Source of the DNA: Bacillus subtilis subsp. subtilis str. 168
GTDB taxonomy: Bacteria; Bacillota; Bacilli; Bacillales; Bacillaceae
Length of the DNA: 32,000 nucleotides
NCBI RefSeq assembly: GCF_000009045.1
Contig: NC_000964.3
Span: 1,260,001 to 1,292,000 of the forward strand
Direction of reading: 5' to 3'
The position numbers were made by a program, and so were the translations under genes. Under the pieces are notes generated by a model. It saw only the letters and a list, made by a program, of their open reading frames with translations. It had not been told where the DNA came from and did not search any database. Below, one piece after another: positions 7,574 through 17,061 of the stretch; positions within the stretch are counted from its first letter, which is position 1, and each line of letters starts with the position of its first letter.

Positions 7574-8101
7574 ATGGCCGAAAAGCACATTCAGGCGTAT
7601 AAGGATTACGTCAAAGGCATGAAATACAAGGACCTTGCCGAGAAATACGGGGTGTCAGTGAACACCATTAAATCGTGGAAGCAGCGGCATGGTTGGGAAA
7701 GGAAAAAGGGTGCACCCATTGAAAAAAGTGTGCACACAAAAAAAGGCGGGCAACCGGGCAACAAAAATGCATTAGGGAACAATGGCGGCGCACCACAGAA
7801 GAATCAAAATGCTGTGACTCACGGCTTTTTCTCTAAATTCTTGCCAGAAGAGACGCTTGAAATCATGGAAGAGATTCAGGAGCGTTCGCCAGCTGATATG
7901 ATATGGGATCAGATACAGATTCAATATGCGGCCATTCTTCGGGCGCAAAAGATCATGTTCGTTTCTGATAAGGAAGAAATGATCAAAGAGCTGAAAAAGA
8001 AAAGGTCCCTCATATCTGAGGTCAGCGAAATTGAAGATGGGCTTGTCATTAGTTTTAGTACGTGGTTTCGCTACAGACTTTACAGTGAAACAAACACCTA
8101 A
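7574..8101 (+). CDS. yjcR: Truncated phage terminase small subunit (YqaS/XtmA-like)
   Basis: N-terminal [41 protein letters not shown] and [30 protein letters not shown] as in terminase small subunits; only 175 aa with an unrelated-looking end. Confidence 0.8.
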
Positions 8102-8310
8102 CACATTTCACATTGCTTCAGATTGCCTTCAAACTTGATAATATAACTTCTAAACCTTCCTATAAAATGAAGGTTTTTTATTTGATTTCAATTTTTAAAT
8201 CCTTTACATACAGCGATTGATTAACTCGAGCAATCAATGTCGCAGTTATATTTATTTTTCAAGAAAATGTTATAATGAAAAGCCATAAAATGATGGGAGG
8301 GGGAATTTCG

Positions 8311-8592
8311 ATGCATTACATAACGGCATGTTTAAAAATCATCAGTGATAAAGACCTTAATGAGATAATGAAGGAATTCAAAAAACTTGAGGAAGAAACG
8401 AACAAAGAAGAGGGTTGTATTACATTCCATGCTTATCCGCTTGAGCCATCAGAACGTAAAATAATGCTTTGGGAGATTTGGGAAAACGAAGAAGCTGTGA
8501 AAATCCATTTCACAAAAAAACACACAATAGACGTTCAAAAACAAGAATTAACGGAAGTAGAATGGTTAATGAAAAGCAATGTGAATGATTGA
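8311..8592 (+). CDS. yjcS: Putative antibiotic-biosynthesis-type monooxygenase (ABM domain)
   Basis: 93 aa from ATG 8311 preceded by gggaggggg; EEGCITFHAYPLEPSERKIMLWEIWENEEAVKIHFTKKH pattern. Confidence 0.8.
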   Translation: MHYITACLKIISDKDLNEIMKEFKKLEEETNKEEGCITFHAYPLEPSERKIMLWEIWENEEAVKIHFTKKHTIDVQKQELTEVEWLMKSNVND

Positions 8593-8828
8593 AAGGCTCT
8601 TTAAAAAGAGACATTCAATGACTTAGTATCAGCCACTTGTGACTAAGTAGTAAATTGTTGTCCAACTCTTATTTTTTCTATTTAATATTTTTTGAGACGA
8701 AAATGTTTTTTTAAGCTGATTTTAAAATGTATTCAAAGTCAGCTCTGTTTGATTTAATGGATTATATTATTTGGATAGCTTGTTACCATCATAATGGAGA
8801 TACTCCTTATAAATTGGAGGTTAAAATA

Positions 8829-9584
8829 ATGAGTCATTCTCAAGAAAAAATTGCACTAATTACAGGAGCAAGCAGTCAAGGGGATATTGGTACGGCTATT
8901 TGTCGTAAGTTAGCCTCACAGGGTATACATATCTTCTTTACTCACTGGAATTCTGATACGGCCTGGATAGAAGAATTTCAACAAGAAATTTTACGTATGG
9001 GTGTCCGCTGTGAGGCAATGAAAATTGATTTATCAGATGCACATGCTGCATTCACAATACATGAAAAAATTTCAGATAAATTAGGATATCCTTCCATCCT
9101 TATTAATAATGCAGCTCATTCCGCAAGTGATAATTATGTATCGTTAGATGCTAAATCACTTGATGAGCATTATGCGGTTAATATGAGATCGAATTTTCTT
9201 CTTTGTGTTGAATTCGCCCGTCGGTTTAAAAAATCTAATTTAATATCAGGAAGAATCATCAATATGACATCAGGGCAGGATTTAGGTCCTTTGCCTGGGG
9301 AGTTAGCGTATGCAGCAACTAAAGGAGCTATTTCTGCATTTACTAGGTCGTTATCACAAGAACTTGCACCATTGGGCATCACTGTTAACGCCGTAAACCC
9401 AGGTCCAACAGATTCTACATGGATGACAGATGAAATAAGAAATTTTCTTTCACCTAAATTTCCAATGGGGCGTATTGGCACACCAGATGATGCAGCACGA
9501 ATGATTGCCTTTCTTGCAAGTGATGAGGCTGAATGGATAACTGGACAAATTATTCATTCAGAAGGTGGATTTATTCGGGGCTAA
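8829..9584 (+). CDS. yjdA: Short-chain dehydrogenase/reductase
   Basis: 251 aa from ATG 8829 (RBS ttggagg); SDR motifs TGASSQGDIG, NNAAH, YAATKGA, GPTDSTWM. Confidence 0.92.
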   Translation: MSHSQEKIALITGASSQGDIGTAICRKLASQGIHIFFTHWNSDTAWIEEFQQEILRMGVRCEAMKIDLSDAHAAFTIHEKISDKLGYPSILINNAAHSASDNYVSLDAKSLDEHYAVNMRSNFLLCVEFARRFKKSNLISGRIINMTSGQDLGPLPGELAYAATKGAISAFTRSLSQELAPLGITVNAVNPGPTDSTWMTDEIRNFLSPKFPMGRIGTPDDAARMIAFLASDEAEWITGQIIHSEGGFIRG

Positions 9585-9649
9585 GCTAATGAAACACGGT
9601 ATACACCAATGTATGATGTATTCCCAAAACTAAATCTAAACTTGAAGCG

Positions 9650-9690
9650 AAAATAAGGTCCCTTCTCTTTTTAGAGGGGGACCTTATTTT
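9650..9690. terminator. Bidirectional terminator between yjdA and yjdB
   Basis: AAAATAAGGTCC pairs with GGACCTTATTTT (9679-9690). Confidence 0.85.
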
Positions 9691-9732
9691 ATTCATGCAT
9701 GTTTTGCATCCAGAAAATCTGGCGGATAAAGA

Positions 9733-10080
9733 TTAATAAACCGTTACATATACTTTTCCGAATACTGCAGTACCTTTAAACAAAGTAATCGTGGCTTTCC
9801 CTTTTGATTTAGCCGTCACTAAACCATTTTGATCGACTTCAGCAACTTTTTGGTTATCAGTCCAATAACGAGTAGCTGAATTATTTTTAACAGAATAGGT
9901 TTCTCCAACTTTTAGAGGTAAATTATAGTCTTGAATCTTGATAACATGTGTAGGTGAAATAGAAATGTTCTTTACTTCAGTAGGTGTGGAGTTTATTTCA
10001 TGAGCTGAAGCTACCCCGCTGACCGACAGAGCTAACGCAGAAATCGATAAAGCAGAAACAACCGTTTTTTTGAAATTCAT
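9733..10080 (-). CDS. yjdB: Secreted protein with bacterial Ig-like (Big_2) domain
   Basis: Start MNFKKTVVSALSISALALSVSGVASAHE (signal peptide); LKVGETYSV...VAEVDQNGLVTAKSKGKATITL typical of Big_2. Confidence 0.88.
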   Translation of the reverse strand: MNFKKTVVSALSISALALSVSGVASAHEINSTPTEVKNISISPTHVIKIQDYNLPLKVGETYSVKNNSATRYWTDNQKVAEVDQNGLVTAKSKGKATITLFKGTAVFGKVYVTVY

Positions 10081-10499
10081 TTTGAAACACTCCTTTAAAG
10101 TTTTTTGTCTTGCACTATAACAATTCAATAAAAGTAATTATTTTCCTTGTAAATAAATGTTAATAATATGTGAACGATCAATTGATTTGAGCTAAGAATA
10201 TTGTGTGCCCTGCACAGAGTTTGTATTTATGATGGAAAATTGCTGAGAGAGAATGGCCATCCTTAAAATGTTAATAGCACACATTTGATGGGTATTAGTT
10301 TGTTGAGCGTGTGGAAATTTTGTTACCTGCACTTTATCCCCGAAGATACCAAATCACTTTTCTTCATCATGTTCTTACTTTCGTACTCATACATTAGAAA
10401 ATCTTCGTTCTAAATAGGTGAAGAATTGGAGTATTTTTATGAATTTCTGCTGAATATACATTACATAGCAAACTCAAAGAGTATAAAAATCGCTTTTTT

Positions 10500-10520
10500 C
10501 CGGAAGCTTCGGTAAAAAAC
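10500..10520 (+). promoter_or_regulatory. Candidate ManR-related motif upstream of manR
   Basis: CCGGAAGCTTCGGTAAAAAAC; near-identical to CCGGAACCTATGGTAAAAAAA upstream of manP. Confidence 0.5.
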
Positions 10521-10552
10521 GAAACTTTTGTCTCTATGATTTTGTTTTATAA

Positions 10553-10566
10553 TGTAAACGGTTTCT
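10553..10566 (+). promoter_or_regulatory. cre-like catabolite repression site upstream of manR
   Basis: TGTAAACGGTTTCT, close to the CcpA consensus TGWAANCGNTNWCA. Confidence 0.6.
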
Positions 10567-10630
10567 TATATAGTATACTTATACTATCAATTTGCTCAAG
10601 TAGATACTGACAGGAAGGATAGAAAAACAG

Positions 10631-12577
10631 ATGGAATACATAAATACAAGACAAAAAGAGATTTTGTATCTGTTGTTATCTGAACCTGATGACTATTTAG
10701 TTGTGCAAGATTTCGCAGATAGGGTACAGTGTTCTGAAAAAACAATCCGGAATGATTTGAAAGTGATCGAGGATTATCTCAATGAGCATTCTCATGCACA
10801 GCTTATTCGAAAACCAGGGTTGGGCGTTTATTTACATATAGAAGAACAGGAAAGGACCTGGCTAAGCCAACAATTACATACTGAACATTTTTCTTCTAGG
10901 CAGCGGAGCGATAAGGAAAGAATGCTGCACATTGCTTATGACTTATTAATGAATCCGAAGCCTGTTTCCGCAAAAGACATTGCCGCTCGGCATTTTGTCA
11001 ATCGATCTTCCATTAAAAAGGATTTATACGCAGTAGAAGAGTGGCTGAAGCGTTTTGATCTCACACTGGTTTCTAGGCAGCGGCTTGGATTAAAGGTTGA
11101 AGGGAACGAAAGAAATAAAAGAAAGGCATTGGCAAGAATATCTGATTTGATTCACAATACAGCGTTTACCAGCCAATTTATTAAAAGTAAGTTTTTACAT
11201 TATGAAGTAGACTTTGTGACGAAAGAAATCAAATCACTACAAAAAAAGCATTCCCTCTATTTCACAGACGAAACGTTTGAAAGTTTGTTGCTGCATACAT
11301 TGTTAATGGTCCGCCGCATCAAAATGAAGCAGCCGATTTCATTGTCCCCAAAAGAAATGGCGGCAGTAAAAAAGAAGAAAGAATATCAATGGACATTTGC
11401 TTGTTTACAGCGGCTTGAACCGGTTTTTGCAATTCGCTTCCCTGAAGAAGAAGCCGTGTACTTAACATTACATATATTGGGCGGTAAGGTTCGTTATCCA
11501 TTGCAGACAGAAGAGAACCTTGAAAATGCTGTGCTTCCTAAGGTTGTAGGGCATTTAATCAATCGTGTTTCAGAGCTGAAAATGATGGATTTTCACAAGG
11601 ATCAGGATTTGATCAATGGTTTGAACATTCATCTCAATACTGTGCTACAACGGCTGAGCTACGATCTTTCTGTAGCAAATCCTATGCTCAATGACATCAA
11701 AAAGATGTACCCTTATTTGTTCCACCTCATCATTGATGTTTTGGAAGACATCAATCAAACTTTTGATCTTCATATTCCTGAGGAAGAGGCAGCATATTTG
11801 ACATTGCATTTTCAGGCAGCGATCGAACGGATGCAGGGCAGCAGCGAGACACATAAAAAGGCGGTTATCGTCTGCCACATGGGGATTGGGATGTCACAAT
11901 TGCTGCGGACAAAAATTGAACGGAAATATCACCAAATCGCTGTAATGGCTTGTATTGCAAAGGCCGATTTAAAGGATTATATCAAAAAGCATGAGGATAT
12001 TGATCTTGTCATATCCACCATTGCGCTGGAGAATATAACGGTTCCCCATATTGTTGTGTCTCCGCTTTTAGAGCCTGGCGAAGAGAAGAAATTAAGTGCG
12101 TTTATACGTCAGCTGGGCGAATCACACCGCCAAAAACAAAAAACGTTTCAGATGCTGAACAATACGACTCCTTTTTTGGTTTTTTTGCAGCAGGAGGCGG
12201 AGCATCGCTACAAGTTAATCGAACAGCTGGCGACAGCTTTGTTTGAGAAAGGCTATGTTGATAAGGACTATGCGGTTCATGCGGTGATGAGGGAAAAAAT
12301 GTCGGCTACAAATATTGGGTCAGGCATTGCCATTCCTCATGCAAACGCTAAATTTATTAAACAATCAGCAATCGCGATTGCCACATTAAAGGAGCCGCTT
12401 GAATGGGGAAATGAAAAAGTTTCGCTCGTTTTTATGCTGGCTGTCAAACACGAGGATCAAACTATGACAAAGCAGCTGTTTAGCGAGCTTTCATATCTTA
12501 GCGAGCAGCCGGCCTTCGTCCAGAAGCTGACGAAAGAAACCAATGTCATGACATTTTTATCTCATTTGGATTATTAA
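10631..12577 (+). CDS. manR: Mannose operon transcriptional activator (PRD-containing, BglG/DeoR-like with EIIB/EIIA modules)
   Basis: 648 aa; N-terminal HTH, PRDs, EIIB-like VIVCHMGIGMSQLLRTKIE, EIIA-like C-terminus (GIAIPHANAKFIKQ). Confidence 0.96.
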   Translation: MEYINTRQKEILYLLLSEPDDYLVVQDFADRVQCSEKTIRNDLKVIEDYLNEHSHAQLIRKPGLGVYLHIEEQERTWLSQQLHTEHFSSRQRSDKERMLHIAYDLLMNPKPVSAKDIAARHFVNRSSIKKDLYAVEEWLKRFDLTLVSRQRLGLKVEGNERNKRKALARISDLIHNTAFTSQFIKSKFLHYEVDFVTKEIKSLQKKHSLYFTDETFESLLLHTLLMVRRIKMKQPISLSPKEMAAVKKKKEYQWTFACLQRLEPVFAIRFPEEEAVYLTLHILGGKVRYPLQTEENLENAVLPKVVGHLINRVSELKMMDFHKDQDLINGLNIHLNTVLQRLSYDLSVANPMLNDIKKMYPYLFHLIIDVLEDINQTFDLHIPEEEAAYLTLHFQAAIERMQGSSETHKKAVIVCHMGIGMSQLLRTKIERKYHQIAVMACIAKADLKDYIKKHEDIDLVISTIALENITVPHIVVSPLLEPGEEKKLSAFIRQLGESHRQKQKTFQMLNNTTPFLVFLQQEAEHRYKLIEQLATALFEKGYVDKDYAVHAVMREKMSATNIGSGIAIPHANAKFIKQSAIAIATLKEPLEWGNEKVSLVFMLAVKHEDQTMTKQLFSELSYLSEQPAFVQKLTKETNVMTFLSHLDY

Positions 12578-12608
12578 AAGCAGGGATTATTCCTTGCTTT
12601 TTTTGTTA
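12577..12608 (+). terminator. Rho-independent terminator after manR
   Basis: AAAGCAGGGA (12577-12586) / TCCTTGCTTT (12591-12600) then T run. Confidence 0.85.
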
Positions 12609-12629
12609 TAGGGAAAAATGCCTTTATTA

Positions 12630-12650
12630 CCGGAACCTATGGTAAAAAAA
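12630..12650 (+). promoter_or_regulatory. Candidate ManR-binding motif upstream of manP
   Basis: CCGGAACCTATGGTAAAAAAA; about 75 nt upstream of the manP start, matches the copy at 10500-10520. Confidence 0.6.
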
Positions 12651-12724
12651 GCGATTTTAATGAGCTGATTTCGGTATACAGTTGAGACAAGATCTTATTA
12701 TTCACACTTTAAAGGAGGTTTCCT

Positions 12725-14677
12725 ATGAAACTGTTAGCGATTACATCTTGTCCGAATGGAATCGCCCATACGTATATGGCAGCAGAAAATCTGCAAAAAG
12801 CTGCTGACAGACTGGGCGTTAGCATCAAAGTTGAGACCCAGGGAGGGATTGGTGTTGAAAATAAGCTAACCGAAGAGGAAATTCGCGAAGCGGACGCAAT
12901 CATTATTGCTGCAGACCGTTCGGTAAACAAAGACCGGTTTATAGGCAAAAAACTGCTGTCTGTGGGGGTACAGGACGGTATCCGCAAACCGGAAGAATTG
13001 ATTCAAAAAGCTCTTAACGGGGATATACCGGTCTATCGTTCCGCTACAAAATCGGAATCCGGTAATCATCAGGAGAAGAAACAAAATCCAATTTACCGTC
13101 ATTTAATGAACGGCGTTTCATTTATGGTTCCTTTCATTGTTGTCGGCGGATTATTGATAGCGGTTGCATTAACGCTTGGAGGGGAGAAAACACCTAAAGG
13201 CTTAGTTATTCCGGATGATTCCTTCTGGAAAACGATTGAACAGATCGGCAGTGCTTCATTTTCATTTATGATTCCGATTTTAGCCGGCTATATCGCCTAT
13301 AGCATCGCTGATAAACCGGGGCTTGTGCCAGGTATGATCGGCGGTTATATTGCGGCGACTGGAAGTTTTTATGACAGCGCAAGCGGCGCCGGATTCCTCG
13401 GGGGGATTATTGCCGGGTTTTTGGCCGGATACGCGGCACTTTGGATCAAAAAATTAAAAGTTCCAAAAGCCATCCAGCCGATTATGCCGATTATTATTAT
13501 TCCGGTGTTTGCATCACTGATTGTAGGTTTAGCGTTTGTGTTTTTGATCGGCGCGCCTGTAGCTCAAATTTTCGCCTCTTTAACAGTTTGGCTGGCGGGG
13601 ATGAAAGGGTCGAGCTCGATCCTTCTGGCATTGATTTTAGGGGCGATGATCTCATTTGATATGGGCGGTCCCGTAAATAAGGTGGCGTTTCTGTTTGGAT
13701 CGGCAATGATTGGAGAAGGAAATTATGAAATTATGGGACCAATTGCTGTCGCCATTTGTATCCCCCCGATTGGCCTTGGCATTGCGACGTTTTTAGGAAA
13801 AAGAAAATTCGAGGCATCTCAAAGAGAAATGGGGAAAGCGGCATTTACGATGGGGCTCTTCGGCATTACTGAAGGAGCGATTCCATTTGCGGCGCAGGAC
13901 CCTCTGCGCGTTATTCCAAGTATTATGGCAGGCTCAATGACAGGTTCTGTGATAGCCATGATTGGCAATGTGGGAGACAGAGTGGCGCACGGCGGACCTA
14001 TCGTTGCAGTGCTTGGCGCAGTTGATCATGTCTTGATGTTTTTTATTGCTGTGATTGCAGGATCTCTTGTCACTGCTCTGTTCGTCAATGTACTAAAAAA
14101 GGATATTACGGCGTCTCCTGTGCTCAGTGAAACTGCACCGACCTCCGCGCCAAGTGAAGCTGCGGCAGCAAATGAAATAAAGCAGCCAATTCAAAGCCAA
14201 AAAGCTGAGATGTCGGAATTTAAAAAACTGACAGACATTATCAGCCCGGAATTAATTGAACCAAATTTATCGGGGGAAACGAGTGATGACATCATAGATG
14301 AATTGATTCAGAAATTGTCACGAAGAGGTGCGCTGCTTTCAGAGAGCGGGTTTAAACAAGCCATTTTGAATCGTGAACAACAGGGAACAACGGCGATTGG
14401 CATGAATATCGCGATTCCGCACGGAAAGTCTGAGGCGGTCAGGGAGCCGAGTGTTGCCTTTGGGATCAAACGATCAGGCGTTGATTGGAATAGCCTGGAT
14501 GGATCAGAAGCTAAATTAATCTTTATGATTGCTGTACCGAAAGAGAGCGGGGGAAACCAGCATCTCAAAATACTGCAGATGCTATCTCGAAAGCTAATGG
14601 ATGACAATTATAGGGAGCGGCTGCTCTCCGTGCAAACAACAGAAGAAGCATACAAGCTGCTAGAAGAAATCGAATAA
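12725..14677 (+). CDS. manP: PTS mannose-specific EIIBCA component (fructose family)
   Basis: 650 aa: EIIB (ITSCPNGIAHTYMAAENLQKAA), EIIC membrane domain, EIIA C-terminus (AIGMNIAIPHGKSEAVREPSVAFG); RBS aaaggaggt. Confidence 0.97.
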   Translation: MKLLAITSCPNGIAHTYMAAENLQKAADRLGVSIKVETQGGIGVENKLTEEEIREADAIIIAADRSVNKDRFIGKKLLSVGVQDGIRKPEELIQKALNGDIPVYRSATKSESGNHQEKKQNPIYRHLMNGVSFMVPFIVVGGLLIAVALTLGGEKTPKGLVIPDDSFWKTIEQIGSASFSFMIPILAGYIAYSIADKPGLVPGMIGGYIAATGSFYDSASGAGFLGGIIAGFLAGYAALWIKKLKVPKAIQPIMPIIIIPVFASLIVGLAFVFLIGAPVAQIFASLTVWLAGMKGSSSILLALILGAMISFDMGGPVNKVAFLFGSAMIGEGNYEIMGPIAVAICIPPIGLGIATFLGKRKFEASQREMGKAAFTMGLFGITEGAIPFAAQDPLRVIPSIMAGSMTGSVIAMIGNVGDRVAHGGPIVAVLGAVDHVLMFFIAVIAGSLVTALFVNVLKKDITASPVLSETAPTSAPSEAAAANEIKQPIQSQKAEMSEFKKLTDIISPELIEPNLSGETSDDIIDELIQKLSRRGALLSESGFKQAILNREQQGTTAIGMNIAIPHGKSEAVREPSVAFGIKRSGVDWNSLDGSEAKLIFMIAVPKESGGNQHLKILQMLSRKLMDDNYRERLLSVQTTEEAYKLLEEIE

Positions 14678-14691
14678 AGCGGGGGATTTTC

Positions 14692-15639
14692 ATGACGACT
14701 GAACCGTTATTTTTCAAGCCTGTTTTCAAAGAAAGAATTTGGGGCGGGACCGCTTTAGCTGATTTTGGCTATACCATTCCGTCACAACGAACAGGGGAGT
14801 GCTGGGCTTTTGCCGCGCATCAAAATGGTCAAAGCGTTGTTCAAAACGGAATGTATAAGGGGTTCACGCTCAGCGAATTATGGGAACATCACAGACATTT
14901 ATTCGGACAGCTTGAAGGGGACCGTTTCCCTCTGCTTACAAAAATATTAGATGCTGACCAGGACTTATCTGTTCAGGTGCATCCGAATGATGAATATGCC
15001 AACATACATGAAAACGGTGAGCTTGGAAAAACAGAATGCTGGTACATTATTGATTGCCAAAAAGATGCCGAGATTATTTATGGCCACAATGCAACAACAA
15101 AGGAAGAACTAACTACCATGATAGAGCGTGGAGAATGGGATGAGCTCTTGCGCCGTGTAAAGGTAAAGCCGGGGGATTTTTTCTATGTGCCAAGCGGTAC
15201 TGTTCATGCGATTGGAAAAGGAATTCTTGCTTTGGAGACGCAGCAGAACTCAGACACAACCTACAGATTATATGATTATGACCGAAAAGATGCAGAAGGC
15301 AAGCTGCGCGAGCTTCATCTGAAAAAGAGCATTGAAGTGATAGAGGTCCCGTCTATTCCAGAACGGCATACAGTTCACCATGAACAAATTGAGGATTTGC
15401 TTACAACGACATTGATTGAATGCGCTTACTTTTCGGTGGGGAAATGGAACTTATCAGGATCAGCAAGCTTAAAGCAGCAAAAACCATTCCTTCTTATCAG
15501 TGTGATTGAAGGGGAGGGCCGTATGATCTCTGGTGAGTATGTCTATCCTTTCAAAAAAGGAGATCATATGTTGCTGCCTTACGGTCTTGGAGAATTTAAA
15601 CTCGAAGGATATGCAGAATGTATCGTCTCCCATCTGTAA
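14692..15639 (+). CDS. manA: Mannose-6-phosphate isomerase, class I
   Basis: 315 aa; KPVFKERIWGG...DLSVQVHPND...GKTECWYII...VPSGTVHAIGKGIL motifs. Confidence 0.96.
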   Translation: MTTEPLFFKPVFKERIWGGTALADFGYTIPSQRTGECWAFAAHQNGQSVVQNGMYKGFTLSELWEHHRHLFGQLEGDRFPLLTKILDADQDLSVQVHPNDEYANIHENGELGKTECWYIIDCQKDAEIIYGHNATTKEELTTMIERGEWDELLRRVKVKPGDFFYVPSGTVHAIGKGILALETQQNSDTTYRLYDYDRKDAEGKLRELHLKKSIEVIEVPSIPERHTVHHEQIEDLLTTTLIECAYFSVGKWNLSGSASLKQQKPFLLISVIEGEGRMISGEYVYPFKKGDHMLLPYGLGEFKLEGYAECIVSHL

Positions 15640-15757
15640 CATGGCAGGGCTTGAGAAATAAATTTGCGAGTGAAGACGCCTATTCTCCAGCAATGATCTA
15701 AATAAAATAAGAGTTTAATAGTTGGAGAAGAAATGTTACACTCTTTTCTGTATATGG

Positions 15758-15870
15758 TAAAGAATGAAAAAACACGATTCGGTTGGTAGTCCGGATGCAT
15801 GATTGAGAATGTCAGTAACCTTCCCCTCCTCGGGATGTCCATCATTCTTTAATATCTTTTATGAGGAGGG
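15758..15870 (+). promoter_or_regulatory. yjdF (azaaromatic) riboswitch
   Basis: Directly upstream of yjdF. Closing stem TAAAGAATGA (15758-15767)/TCATTCTTTA (15842-15851), GGTT (15781-15784)/AACC (15817-15820), anti-SD CCCTCCTC (15824-15831) complementary to the SD GAGGAGGG (15863-15870). Known yjdF RNA motif location. Confidence 0.88.
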
Positions 15871-15877
15871 AATCGTT

Positions 15878-16291
15878 ATGAAATTAACGATTTACTACGA
15901 TGGTCAGTTTTGGGTAGGCGTTGTTGAAGTTGTGGACAATGGAAAGCTAAGAGCCTTTCGTCATCTTTTTGGCAAAGAGCCGAGGGATTCTGAAGTATTA
16001 GAGTTTGTTCATAACCAACTTTTGAATATGATGGCCCAAGCTGAGCAGGAAGGAGTGCGTTTACAAGGCAGGCGTCAAAAAAAGATCAATCCAAAAAGAT
16101 TGCAGCGCCAGGTTTCAAAAGAGTTGAAAAACGCCGGAGTAACTTCTAAAGCTCAAGAGGCGATAAAGCTAGAGCTTGAAGCAAGAAAGCAAAAGAAAAA
16201 ACAAATAATGAAAGAACAACGAGAACATGTAAAAGAGCAAAGGTATATGCTCAAAAAGCAAAAAGCGAAAAAGAAGCACAGAGGTAAATAA
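15878..16291 (+). CDS. yjdF: YjdF family protein (riboswitch-controlled)
   Basis: 137 aa from ATG 15878 after GAGGAGGG; MKLTIYYDGQFWVGVVEVVDNGKLRAFRHLFGKEPRD... and Lys-rich C-terminus. Confidence 0.93.
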   Translation: MKLTIYYDGQFWVGVVEVVDNGKLRAFRHLFGKEPRDSEVLEFVHNQLLNMMAQAEQEGVRLQGRRQKKINPKRLQRQVSKELKNAGVTSKAQEAIKLELEARKQKKKQIMKEQREHVKEQRYMLKKQKAKKKHRGK

Positions 16292-16298
16292 TCCAAAC

Positions 16299-16323
16299 AA
16301 AAGCAGGCGCAGTGCCTGCTTTT
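16299..16323. terminator. Bidirectional terminator between yjdF and yjdG
   Basis: AAAAGCAGGC / GCCTGCTTTT, loop GCAGT. Confidence 0.9.
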
Positions 16324-16336
16324 GTAATTAAGGACT

Positions 16337-16843
16337 CTACTTTGTAACATATATCCAATGTTTATACTCCGCTGATTTATGATTCAATATAAACCCTAAC
16401 TTCTCCAAGGTTTTTTGTGAGCCTAGATTATCATGTTCGCATCTTGCGGTGATCCGGGATACTGTTTCTCGGCTTAATGCCCAGTTTATTAGTTTTTGGG
16501 CGGCTTCCACACAATAACCTTTGCGGCGATGACTTTTATTTGTTGCAAAACCGATTTCAATCATGCCATTTTCGTCTGGGTCACCTAAAAATCCAGTTCC
16601 CCCAACAATTTCATAATTGTCCTTCTTTACAATAATCCATGAATCAAATCCTTTTGTTCCATTGTTTTTGACTAAAATCTCGCGGAAATAAGGTATCGCT
16701 TCAAAAAAATCAGAATTTGGCCATTCACCATTTGTTTCATAGCCTAATTCTTTGATAGCCTGATGATCTTGTTTAGACGCGGCGTCAAGAAGGGGAATAT
16801 CAATCGTTTGTAATCGTAATCGATTCGTTTCAAGGAGAACCAT
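16337..16843 (-). CDS. yjdG: GNAT family N-acetyltransferase
   Basis: 168 aa; GIGFATNKSHRRKGYCVEAAQKLINWAL...LGSQKTLEKLGFIL. Confidence 0.9.
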   Translation of the reverse strand: MVLLETNRLRLQTIDIPLLDAASKQDHQAIKELGYETNGEWPNSDFFEAIPYFREILVKNNGTKGFDSWIIVKKDNYEIVGGTGFLGDPDENGMIEIGFATNKSHRRKGYCVEAAQKLINWALSRETVSRITARCEHDNLGSQKTLEKLGFILNHKSAEYKHWIYVTK

Positions 16844-16975
16844 ATATTTAATCCTCTTTTCTTTTTACTGGGAATAATGATAACATATAACAATTTTCTC
16901 TGGTACCTTGGCAGTAGAGAAAGATGAAAAAATTGAGGGGGATTGAAAGAGTGACAGGTGAGAGTTTGCCCAGAC

Positions 16976-17023
16976 CAAAAACGGGTAGGAAAATGCTGAT
17001 GTTAATGTGTCCCTACCCGTTTT
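16976..17023. terminator. Long hairpin, probable bidirectional terminator
   Basis: AAAAACGGGTAGG (16976-16988) / CCTACCCGTTTTT (17011-17023), perfect 13-bp stem, 22-nt loop. Confidence 0.7.
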
Positions 17024-17061
17024 TCTGTTCCTGAATGCAGGGTTTCTGATAACATGTTGTG

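Noticed and set aside
16951-17050. Mini-ORF GTG ACA GGT GAG AGT... (VTGESLPRPKTGRKMLMLMCPYPFFCS) with upstream GAGGGGG
   Set aside because: It runs through the 13-bp hairpin at 16976-17023, which is better explained as a terminator; peptide has no protein-like features.
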